A DNA stretch of 63,976 bases, filler included, from Octopus bimaculoides (taxonomy: Eukaryota), in NCBI RefSeq assembly GCF_001194135.2. It is 5 parts of 5 records of this genome, joined end to end, with 100 filler letters (N's around TTAATTAATTAA, not from the genome) between each part and the next. Parts side by side here need not be neighbours in the genome. Positions count along the whole stretch, not along the records: positions 1 to 31,388 come from NC_068985.1; positions 31,489 to 43,972 come from NC_068997.1; 3 more parts are not named here. One strand, 5' to 3'. The notes beneath the pieces were generated by a model. The model saw nothing but the letters and a program-made list of their open reading frames with translations. It did not search any database and had not been told where the DNA came from. Position numbers and translations under genes: made by a program. Of the stretch, positions 25,268 to 34,974 are shown piece after piece; within the stretch, counting starts at the first letter, position 1; each line of letters begins with the position of its first letter.

Positions 25268-25813
25268 GTAAATATTCTATTATTCTTTTATTGGTGTCAG
25301 TCATTGGACCGTGACTGACCATCCTGGTCAACCACTTTGAAAGTTTGAAAGGTTTTTGTCAAGTATATCAACCCCTGCGCTTAGTCCGGTACTTACATAC
25401 AGGCATGTTCTTTGCAAGTGCTGTTGCCATGTAAAATGTAACATGCTCTCATGCTGGTGCCACCTGAAAATGCACATGTGCCATTGCTGCATTAATGCAC
25501 TTGTGCCTGTGCTGCATATATGCATATATGTAAAAAACACCCAGCACACTCTGTAAAGTGGTTGGTATTAGGAAGGGCACCCAGCCATAGAAACGATGTG
25601 AAAATGGACAACTAGAGTCTGGACAGTACCCAGCTAGCCTACTCTATGTCAAACTGTCTAACCCATGCCAGCATGGAAAACGGATGTGAAATGATGATGA
25701 TGATGTTTGGCAGAGAAATTTGAATGCTGAAGGGTTAAAGTCAGTACCTCCATTTCTTTGATGTCGTCATTTCAAAAAATTTTACTTCTATTCTTTTTTT
25801 TTTATTTTTGCAG

Positions 25814-26052
25814 ATGCCCGAAAACAGTAAAAATGTTAAAATCGGTCACCTGATTGCATTGATGGTAGATTTGGATGATGATTGGCAGAATGTAACTGTC
25901 CCTGCTGAAGTGACAGCCAGTACAGATGCACCAGTCTCGAGCACCAAACCTGCAGCAGCGCCACCACCACCACCACCAGTCCCTTCTGCAACCTCACCAG
26001 CTGCAGCACCAGTACAGAGCAATGCTAAAATCATTGAAGAAATACATGCTCT
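25814..26052 (+). CDS. PDHX: PDHX-like exon 7 (lipoyl domain 2 C-part and linker)
   Basis: tgcAG acceptor, GTAAGT donor, 239 nt, ends in phase 2; encodes MPENSKNVKIGHLIALMVDLDDDWQNVTVPAEVTASTDAPVSSTKPAAAPPPPPPVPSATSPAAAPVQSNAKIIEEIHA. Confidence 0.93.
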
Positions 26053-27340
26053 GTAAGTTGTCAACTTGAATCAGTAACCATCTTGTAATGTTAGTAATTT
26101 CCTACCAAGGGGTAATTAGCTTATCGTTTGAGCCATGATTATTAGTGCCGTTGCATCAAAGGTGATTGAGTGTTTGGGCCTTCCATGCTATATTCTGGGC
26201 AGTTATTGTTATTTATTACCTGTAATTAAGACTCATAAGGTCAAGAACTTCTGCCTCATTCAAATTGTACAACTACCACCACCACCACAGTTATGATCTC
26301 ACCAGTACAGTCACTACCACTCTACCACAACCAACACAACATTCCTTTAGTCACAACAATCACTATTCCTCTCAAACTATATTTCTGAACCGTTTTTCTT
26401 TCTGTATTTAACACATCATCTCCTCAATTCTACCCACCCACCCTTATATGATGATGGTGGTTATAGTCTTATGTGTGTGTGCGTGAGAGAGAGAGAGAGA
26501 GAGTGAGTCCATCATGCTATGAGCTCTCAAGTCTCATTCCCCTGTCTCCTCCATGTTTCCACACATTCCTGTCCTTCATCATCTCTATGATAGAGTTTTT
26601 TTTTCTTTTTCAAGGTTTGTGTCTTTCAGTAACTGTTACACATATGTTCAACAAGGTCTTCCTCCTACCCCATGCTCATTCCCATAGTAATAGGTGACAT
26701 ACAACTTCATCGATTCTTTGCCAACAGTGTCCCACAAACTTAAGTCTGCATTGTTAAATTTCCTTTCAGTAAATATTGTTACAAACAAACTTCCTTCATC
26801 CTCCTTAAATTCTGGGTTTTTTATTCCGTTTATTCTGTTTTCTATTATTTTCATAATTGCCCTGCATTCAGGTACATATATCAATAGGCTTTCTACAACA
26901 TCATCATCGTTTAACGTCTATTTTCCATGCTGGCATGGGATGGACGGTTTGACTGAGGACTGGTGAGCCAGAGGCTGCACTAGGTTCAATCTGATCTAAC
27001 AAAGTTTCTACAGCTGGATGCCCTTCCTAATGCCAACCACTCCAAGAGTGTAGTGGGTGCTTTTATGTGCCACCGGCACAAGGGCCAGTCAGGCGGTTCT
27101 GGCAACGACCACGCTCAAAAGGTGTTTTTATGTGCTACCTGCATGGGAGCCAGTCTGGTGGCACTGGCAACAATCACACTCGAATGTTGTTTTTCACGTG
27201 CCACTGGCACATGTGCCGGTAGGCCAAGTTAGCAACGGTCATGCTCGAATGGTGATATTCACGTGTCACTGGCACGAGAGCCAAACTCTAAAAAACTGTA
27301 TTTAGAGATCATCAGTTATTTTTGATTCCCATACATATAG

Positions 27341-27391
27341 ACACCTGATGAGTTAGGCTTGTCTACAAGCCTATGAAACTTTAAGTTGCAT
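27341..27391 (+). ncRNA. Type I hammerhead-ribozyme-like motif, decayed
   Basis: ACAC-CTGATGA-G-T-TAGGCTTGT-CT-ACAAGCCTA-T-GAAA-CTTTAAG-TT-GCAT shows an intact CUGAUGA and GAAA core, a 9-bp stem II and a near-palindromic stem III. Confidence 0.6.
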
Positions 27392-27458
27392 GGAGCTGAG
27401 TCAAGCTTATTAAATTATGTGTGTATGTATGTATGTATGTTTGTGAGTGATAGACACA

Positions 27459-27691
27459 CGAGGTGCCTATGAATCACCTTTCCAATTTGAAAAACTCAGA
27501 AAGCAATGAAAAAAAGGGGATAACTGAGCATAGACTATTGGAAAATATAGGCGAACAAATATAGTTTTATTAGAAACATCAGAACACTTCCACATGGGCT
27601 CTATTGGTTGCATGCAACACATCCAGACAATCTCAACTTTAATAGATGCAATAATTTGTGGTAGTTGTAAAGATAATTTATGAACACCTTG
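27459..27691. mobile_element. Degenerate mariner-type MITE
   Basis: Left end CGAGGTGCCTATGAATCACCT versus right-end reverse complement CAAGGTGTTCATAAATTATCT; TA on the right side. Confidence 0.45.
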
Positions 27692-27721
27692 TATATGCAT
27701 ACATGAAATAAATGCAAACTC

Positions 27722-27782
<61 letters not shown>

Positions 27783-27831
27783 AGAGTATTGTAGTTCGCT
27801 TGAAGCATTGTGTATTGTTTGTAAAGAATAA

Positions 27832-27919
27832 AAAGTTTAGAAAGGTATAACAATGCACTATAGAACAAAAAAAAAATTTTTTTTGTTCTATAGTGCATTG
27901 TTATACCTTTCTAAACTTT
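27832..27919. repeat. Perfect palindrome centred on A10/T8
   Basis: AAAGTTTAGAAAGGTATAACAATGCACTATAGAAC-A10-T8-GTTCTATAGTGCATTGTTATACCTTTCTAAACTTT. Confidence 0.95.
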
Positions 27920-28572
27920 ATATCTATATATATATATATACTCTCACATGCACACACATATACATCAATCAATTTATGTATTTAAAGCACATACATCAAT
28001 GAAAGCCTTCTAAACTCAAGTATTTGTCCCGAGAAAGCATCTCTTATAGATGTACAGTGTTGAAAAACACAAAAATTATATGAGTAGCAGATGAAAAACA
28101 TCTGTGCATTTCTGCTTCTTTGGGCTTTGTCAGTAGAAAATATTTACTGGCAACTGCATGTTAAGACAAGATCTGCTGCTAGGCAGAAGTGTGCATTTAG
28201 TAAAGCCATCACTGCTCCTGGATGGTTTTCATCTGCTACTGATATCATTTTTTGATATTTTCAACACTGTATACCTAAAGAGATGCTTCTTGAGACAAAT
28301 ACTGCAGCTTAGAAGGCTTTCAATGATGTGTTTGCTTTAAGTATGATACACAGATTGCAGTTTCAATTCAGCGCATTGCACCATTTCTGTGAAGATTGCC
28401 TGAAGAAGGAATCGTTATACTGAAATATTGAAATACAAGAAAAAAAGTACCAAACATCAACTTGTATTTTTACTTATAACTTGCATTGTTTGGGCTTCAT
28501 ATAAAGAAATACTTGAAAACATTTATATGTATAAGACATTGCTTTACACAAACTATATTATTCTTATATATA

Positions 28573-28717
28573 CTGTCATGGCCAAAAGTCTGGAGCAGAG
28601 ATCTGAAAATTAGAATTTTTATATTAAATGCCCAAAGTTATATTTGAATTGAATTGTACTTGGGCATAACAATTTTTATTTAAAAAAAAAAATGTTCCAA
28701 ACTTTTGGCCATGACTG
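28573..28717. mobile_element. Tc1-type MITE, 145 bp
   Basis: TIRs C(T/A)GTCATGGCCAAAAGT(C/T)TGGA(G/A)CA; TA on the left, TG on the right. Confidence 0.85.
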
Positions 28718-28814
28718 TGTATATACACACATATAAATATATATAACAAATAATATATAGTATAAGATCATGTATGTTATGCAAGAAACATCATTCATTT
28801 TTAAATGTATAGAT

Positions 28815-28924
28815 GTTTTCGATCTAGTTTGGATTCTTTGCCATCAAATTTGAATTCTTTGCAATCAAATCTGATTGCAAAGAATTAAAATTTGATGGCA
28901 AAGAATCCAAACTAGATCGAAAAC
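28815..28924. repeat. Near-perfect hairpin, 53-bp arms with 4-nt loop
   Basis: 28815-28867 pairs with 28872-28924 with one mismatch. Confidence 0.95.
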
Positions 28925-29125
28925 AACGATAAATTCCAACAGCTCATACTGTATCAATAGAATTCTAAGTACTCACAAATTATTGCAGTTTATTTACACT
29001 TTTATTCTCTTTTTTTTTTATCTCTTTTATACTCAGACATGTCTAACATATGAAGTTCCTTTAATAAATAGCAAATGTCAATTTTACCCCTGATAATCAT
29101 CCTCTTTGCTCTGCCATCATTACAG

Positions 29126-29224
29126 AACAAGAGTCGGTCCTTCAGTTAAGAAATTATTGGAAGAGTTCAATATCAGCCCAAAAGATGTTCAACAAAGTGG
29201 TTCTCGAGGTCAAATTCTGAAGGG
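29126..29224 (+). CDS. PDHX: PDHX-like exon 8 (peripheral subunit/E3-binding domain)
   Basis: tacAG acceptor, GTAAAC donor, 99 nt, phase 2/2; encodes (L)TRVGPSVKKLLEEFNISPKDVQQSGSRGQILK(G), matching the PSBD pattern P.A/V..L.....I....V..SG..G.I.K.D. Confidence 0.9.
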
Positions 29225-30046
29225 GTAAACCACAGAATTTTATATATATATATATACACATATATTTACTTATAATTACTTCATATAATTCTGCTATAGT
29301 GTTTGTTTCCTTACTACATTAATCCACCTGTGCTTCAACTAACCCCCCCCCCCTCCGTCTAATACAGCATCATACTAAACCTTAGTTTTTTGTTACATTA
29401 ATTTATATCATATTTATATTATGAGGTGACAGGGACCAAAAATGGTAGAACACCGAAATAAATACCTTCAGGTATTTAGTTACATCACTTTACATTTTGT
29501 GTTCAAATCCTGTCAAGGTCACCTTTGCCTGTCATCCAGGGTACCAAGGTATGTGTAAGGGTACAAGGATCGATTACATCGACTTTACTCTTCCTTGCCA
29601 GAATTCTATTTAATATGTTTTTTACGTGTATATGTGTGCATGTATTTTTACATACTTTCTGTGTGTGTGTGTGTGTGTGTACATTTATTTATTATTTTCC
29701 CTCTGATTGCCTAAGCTCATTGTCTCATTAACATCTCCCATTATTTTTTTACTAACTTGTAACTATAAGCCAATCGCCATACTTTACTAACACATCATCA
29801 TTTTAATACTAATGTCAGGCATCATACTACTACTAATCCCTTTTTCTCGCTTTACTGAAATAGTATCTAAGCACAGTTCATTGCCGTAACCTTTCCCTTG
29901 TTGAGTATTTTCCTATCATTTTATCAACACAGTATTTTACTCTTTTATTTTATCACCATTGTAATACATATTATTATATACTTTGTTGTCTTACCAGTTC
30001 TCTATGCATCATCAGACCATCCTGCCTTTTATTATTATTATTGAGT

Positions 30047-30590
30047 GAGAGAGCAAAGCATGCCATCAAAGTGACACTGGGGTAAAATATACGAAGCCCA
30101 TTATACCCATCATGACTACACGTCTGATAAGGGTGCACCAGGCACATGCATCACAACCATATGTGTGCGACATGGTGATCTCATATCAAGATAAACAGTG
30201 TATGACCTCGCAGGTGGGGCCCAGTTAGAATTTTCTTCAGGTCGAGTAGACCATCCCTCTCAAAAGGTCCCTGAATAGGGTTTAAGGATGTTGAGCAAAA
30301 CACATGTTTCCAAAGGTGAATTATTCAAATCCCAAGGAATTCCTCTCAACACATGGCTATGATGCTCCCCCACTACTTCTCATGATCAGAGATGCACATA
30401 TCGTCAGCCACCAAGGGACATGCTCAACTGGTTAAGGTCAAACAACTGACAAGCAAATCTATGGTATTGAGCAGAATATTTGCTGTAGCCCATCTTTTTA
30501 TACCAAGACAAAACAATGTACATGATAACACTTCCAATCAATTAAGATCAGAAGCCATGAAAGTCACTGCCTGGTACTGCATCAGAGCAT
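30047..30590 (-). repeat. Interspersed repeat with (AAT)n tail, probable LINE 3'UTR
   Basis: A second copy with internal deletions lies on the + strand at about 61130-61525; both end in (AAT)n. Confidence 0.65.
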
Positions 30591-30605
30591 TTATTATTAT
30601 TATTA

Positions 30606-30639
<34 letters not shown>

Positions 30640-30640
<1 letters not shown>

Positions 30641-30840
30641 GTTGTTGTTGTTGTTGCCTTTGCACAGCTTCTAACGCTGGAGGTGTACTACGGTGTCAGC
30701 TGTTCACTACCAGTGAACTAAGGTAACACCTCTTATTTTTCGAGCACCTTCCGGAGTATTTGAGCAGTTCCAAGTTGTGCTGTTTTCTGCAAGTGCTCCA
30801 CCCTTATTGCAGCCCCTATTTGTTCCATGTCCTTCTTGTA
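30640..30840 (-). mobile_element. R4/Dong-like LINE 3' end (restriction-like endonuclease C-terminus and short 3'UTR)
   Basis: Minus frame ...MEQIGAAIRVEHLQKTAQLGTAQILRKVLEK*, followed by a short UTR and a (CAA)n/(AAT)n tail. Confidence 0.75.
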
Positions 30841-30886
30841 AAAACATTGGTAAATTGCGCAACCTGATAATTGCTGCCTCATATGA

Positions 30887-31050
30887 GTGACAATGAAAAA
30901 ACAAAATATGGTGAATAACGGTGGGAATGAAACTGAAGCCAATGATGGTGACAGTGTTACACCCGGTAGGCTCAGAGATCCTGGTCCGGCTCCAGCCTGT
31001 CGATATCCAGAAAGGGACCACCATACACAGCGTAGATGGAGCAAAAATTA
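30887..31050 (+). mobile_element. Probable R4/Dong-like ORF N-terminus
   Basis: MTMKKQNMVNNGGNETEANDGDSV...RYPERDHHTQRRWSK resembles R4-family starts that end in R.KWSKE.N (recalled, not searched). Confidence 0.45.
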
Positions 31051-31388
31051 TTATGCCAGAGGGGAAGCAGATAAGAAAAGATTTGCCAATGTTCTGCGCC
31101 GTGAGGACCAAAGACTCGAGGTATTTCGTGTTGCAAGACAGTGTAGGAGAGAGAATAGTGATGTTGTAGGAGAGAAATGTGTTCGCATGGATGATGGTAC
31201 GCTTGCACTAAATGAGGATGCAAAGAAAGAGGTCTGGAGATGCCACTACGATAGATTGCTTAATAAAGAGAATGAATGGGAGCAAGAGAGCCTGCCGTAT
31301 GTCGACCCAATAGAGGAACCAGCTATCCAAGTTGATAGTACCGGGGTAGATAAAGCAATTAAGAGTATGAAGACCGGGAAAGCCCCCG
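31050..31388 (+). mobile_element. RTE-clade LINE fragment (EN-RT linker), cut by scaffold join
   Basis: ARGEADKKRFANVLRREDQ...DVVGEKCVRMDDG...WRCHYDRLLNKENEW...KAIKSMKTGKAP is typical of the RTE region just upstream of the RT domain. Confidence 0.85.
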
Positions 31389-31488
31389 NNNNNNNNNNNN
31401 NNNNNNNNNNNNNNNNNNNNNNNNNNNNNNNNTTAATTAATTAANNNNNNNNNNNNNNNNNNNNNNNNNNNNNNNNNNNNNNNNNNNN
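31389..31488. other. Artificial scaffold join: 44 N + TTAATTAATTAA + 44 N
   Basis: An identical 100-bp structure occurs four times in the window; the 12-mer places stop codons in all six frames. Confidence 0.97.
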
Positions 31489-31605
31489 ATGTTAACTGCA
31501 TACTTTTATTTCCAACATATGTTTCGAAGATTACAAATTATACCTTCCATAGGAATATATATATATATATAAAGTAACAAACTGAGGAAAAGAGATCATT
31601 CAAAA

Positions 31606-31671
31606 GGCACCTGCCATACGAGCACTAACAATTTAACTTCTTTCAAAGTCCGATAGATCTCTCGTTTTAAT
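31606..31671 (-). mobile_element. Tc1 transposase N-terminal (HTH) relic
   Basis: Minus frame KTRDLSDFERS*IVSARMAGA matches the Tc1 pattern DLSDFERGQIVGAR.AG. Confidence 0.6.
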
Positions 31672-32401
31672 GAATTTTTTAAATACCCTTTTCTGATGAT
31701 ATCTGAAAGGAAACTGCAAATTTAGCAAAACATATTAAGCAACAATACTAAAAAAACCCCAAAAAACATAAAAAATAAACAAGCTTTTGACGGTTTTATA
31801 GATATTTCAAAATTATGATTCTATAGTGCTAGATGTTTCCATTATTTTGTTCAACCACTGTGTGTGTATATATATACACACCTATTTTATTGTTGCATGT
31901 TGTCGTGACGAGGGGATTTCTTGGATATGAACGGGTTTCGATTGGTACGTATTTGAGATGTAATGAAGTGAATTTTGATGGTTGTGGATTGCCCTTACTT
32001 GGTTGTACCGTCCGTTAGAGTGTTTTTTGTTGCTTGTTTTTAATTGTGATTGATGTATGATTGAATAGGTAACGCTCACGCTCATATTACATAGACATTT
32101 GAATTAAGTTTTACAATCCAGCCGTCCTTTCATACGGAATTTCGTCTATCTTTAAACCATGACCCTGGAGTGACTTATATATATAACGGAACTGTTACTG
32201 TATATATATATATATATATAAGAAAAAGTATATAAGTCTAAACAATTTGTTTGTTTTAATTGTTTATGTTATATAATATTATGTTATATTCAGAGTATAT
32301 CATGTAATAGTATAATATAAATAAATTACTGGATTGTCAATAGTATCTCTCTACTTAACTTATCTTTACACACATATATATATAGGCATATATATATCAT
32401 T

Positions 32402-32460
<59 letters not shown>

Positions 32461-32892
32461 TGTGTGTGTGTGTGTGTATGTTTGTATGTATGTATGTATG
32501 TATGTATGTATGTATATATAAATGTTCATTTCTTCATCTTGACTTATGTTGCTTATGAATTAGCTCCCCTAGATAACGTTCTTTAGTTCATGAAAAGGCA
32601 AAAACAAAACATCTTTTATCGGACAAATGATTATGCTTTAGTAGTTTATTTATTATCAAATTTATTTTTGCGTTCTTAATTTTATGTGACCAGATATAGT
32701 TTCTTTGAATTTCTCACACTGGAAGTACTTGGATAGATAGATGAATTTGTAGACAGATAGCTGCACACCTGTTTATACATACTTATCTGCGTATATACAC
32801 ACATACATGCAAAATACAGAAATATATGCACACACATACCTCTCTCTTACTCTTTCTTTTTCTCTTTCGTTTTATATATATGAAAATATACG

Positions 32893-32924
<32 letters not shown>

Positions 32925-32940
32925 TGTATGCATGTGTGTG

Positions 32941-32977
<37 letters not shown>

Positions 32978-33089
32978 GCACACACATCCAATAATTATAT
33001 AAATGCATATATATCAATTGAAGCATACTTATATGAACGCATATAGCTATACATGCTTGTTTATGATAATAATAATAACAATAATTATA

Positions 33090-33120
<31 letters not shown>

Positions 33121-33130
33121 TAATAATATA

Positions 33131-33322
33131 TATTTGTAAGTCCTGGTGTTTTTGTTATGTATTTGTCTGAATATTTTTTTATTATACCTAAGGCGCCTAC
33201 TATGATAGGAATTGTTTCTGTTTTTAGATTTCACATTCGAGCTACCTCTATTTCCAGGTCTTTGTATTTTGAAAGTTTCTCCATTTTTTTAATGGAAACG
33301 TTGTCATCTGCTGGTATTGATA
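33131..33322 (-). mobile_element. R4/Dong-like restriction-like endonuclease fragment
   Basis: Minus frame SIPADDNVSIKKMEKLSKYKDLEIEVARM*NLKTETIPIIVGALGIIKK, embedded among (AAT)n/(ATT)n tracts. Confidence 0.8.
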
Positions 33323-33404
33323 NNNNNNNNNNNNNNNNNNNNNNNNNNNNNNNNNNNNNNNNNNNNNNNNNNNNNNNNNNNNNNNNNNNNNATCAATTAG
33401 AAAG

Positions 33405-33493
<89 letters not shown>

Positions 33494-33509
33494 CTGTTAT
33501 AATAATAAT

Positions 33510-33561
<52 letters not shown>

Positions 33562-34618
33562 GTAATAATAATCATCAACATCATTTATATTAAGATGTGC
33601 GCTAGCAGAACCGTTATTAAATCGGACAAAGCTCAACATTTCTTCCACCACTTAGCCCTCCGTCCTTTCGGACTCGATGAAATACGCACCAGTTGAGCAC
33701 TGGTGTCGATGTAATCGACTAAACCTCTCACCACAAATTGCTGGCCTTGTGCCAAAATTTGAAACCATTATTAAAGGCGTTGAGATGGTAGAATCGTTAC
33801 CACCCCGGGCAAATTACTTAACGGCATTTCGTCCGTCGTTACATTCAGAGTTCAAATTCCGCCGTGATCTACTTTTCGTTCCATCCTTTCGGTCTCGATA
33901 AAGTAAGTATCAGTTGAGTATGCGGTCGATCTAGCCCCCCCCCCTCCCACAAAGTGCGCCCTATAGTAAAAAGTATTAATGTTATTGTTGTTGTTGTTAA
34001 AATTGTGTGATGAATTAGACTGAAATAATTGACAAAAAACACATTCCTCTTCAGTTAACCTTTCATTGACTTTTTCCCCTAGGAAAAGAAAATGAGGGTA
34101 TAGAGGGATGTGCTATTGACCAGTGAATTAGATAAAGGTGGGTAACTGGCAAAAATAGTTACAGTGACTCTAAGTATCTACTTGTTCTTTGAGTAGCAGG
34201 TGACAGAGCTCGTACATTCGCGCGGTCACGGTAATCCTGGATCGGTGAGCTTTTTAGTTAAACTTTTCCCTATATCAGGAAGAGTGATTCATTCTTGGCA
34301 TCACATGCTTTGTATGCTATATTTACTTTCATCGCATTTCACTGTCGTTTCAATTTCTTTCTCTTCATCCTTTATGTAAATCTCCACATATATCGTTGCC
34401 TGTCCATGTGATATCCCCTGCAATTTCGGAGAGTGGATAAGTCGATAACATCGATCCCAGTGCTCAACTGGTACCAATTTTATCGAAAGAATGAATACTA
34501 AATTGGACCTCGGCCTTGTGCCAAAATTTGAAAACAATTACTATTTTATTACTGTTGTGATTTTTTAAAATATTGCTATTATTTTCATTCATTTTGTTCT
34601 TATTCTATCCTTCCCCAG

Positions 34619-34794
34619 GTACAAAATCTTGCACACAAAACAAATTATTCAGTTCCACCAACAAGTACAGGAATTTCAGGTGGCTCAGCTGAAAGTTATT
34701 CTTTTGGATATCTACCACAAAGGTCTACTTCAAACTAATGCAACGATTTTAGTCAACAACGGACCTTCGTTTCGGAATATTGATGGCATTGAAG
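34619..34794 (+). CDS. Candidate exon of an unidentified gene
   Basis: Strong acceptor (ttctatccttccccAG) and GAAG|GTAGGA donor. One frame is open throughout (YKILHTKQ...NIDGIE); another ends in VQNLAHK...QRSTSN*. No recognisable homology. Confidence 0.3.
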
Positions 34795-34974
34795 GTAGGA
34801 TTCATATAGAGTTGTAATAATACATTCGCACAAAAACATACACACAGACATATATAAATTTTCAGCTTCTGTCAATCAAATCAACTCACAATGCTTTTGC
34901 TGGCCCGCAGCTATAGTCTAAAAAAACACATTCCCTTTCAGTTAACCTTTCAGTTTCAGCGTGTCACCCACTCA

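Noticed and set aside
20693-29224. Calling the gene DLAT (E2) because it has two lipoyl domains
   Set aside because: The lipoyl motifs (LC.I.TDKAVV, W..V.IP) and the presequence junction resemble PDHX more closely. The inner-core domain that would settle it is absent, so a small doubt remains.
31433-31444. TTAATTAATTAA as a biological motif or piggyBac target
   Set aside because: It is always centred in exactly 44+44 N, so it is an assembly linker.
33394-33590. (ATT)n-(GTT)n-(AAT)n hairpin-forming tract
   Set aside because: It is a compound microsatellite of a kind common in this window, with no evidence of function.
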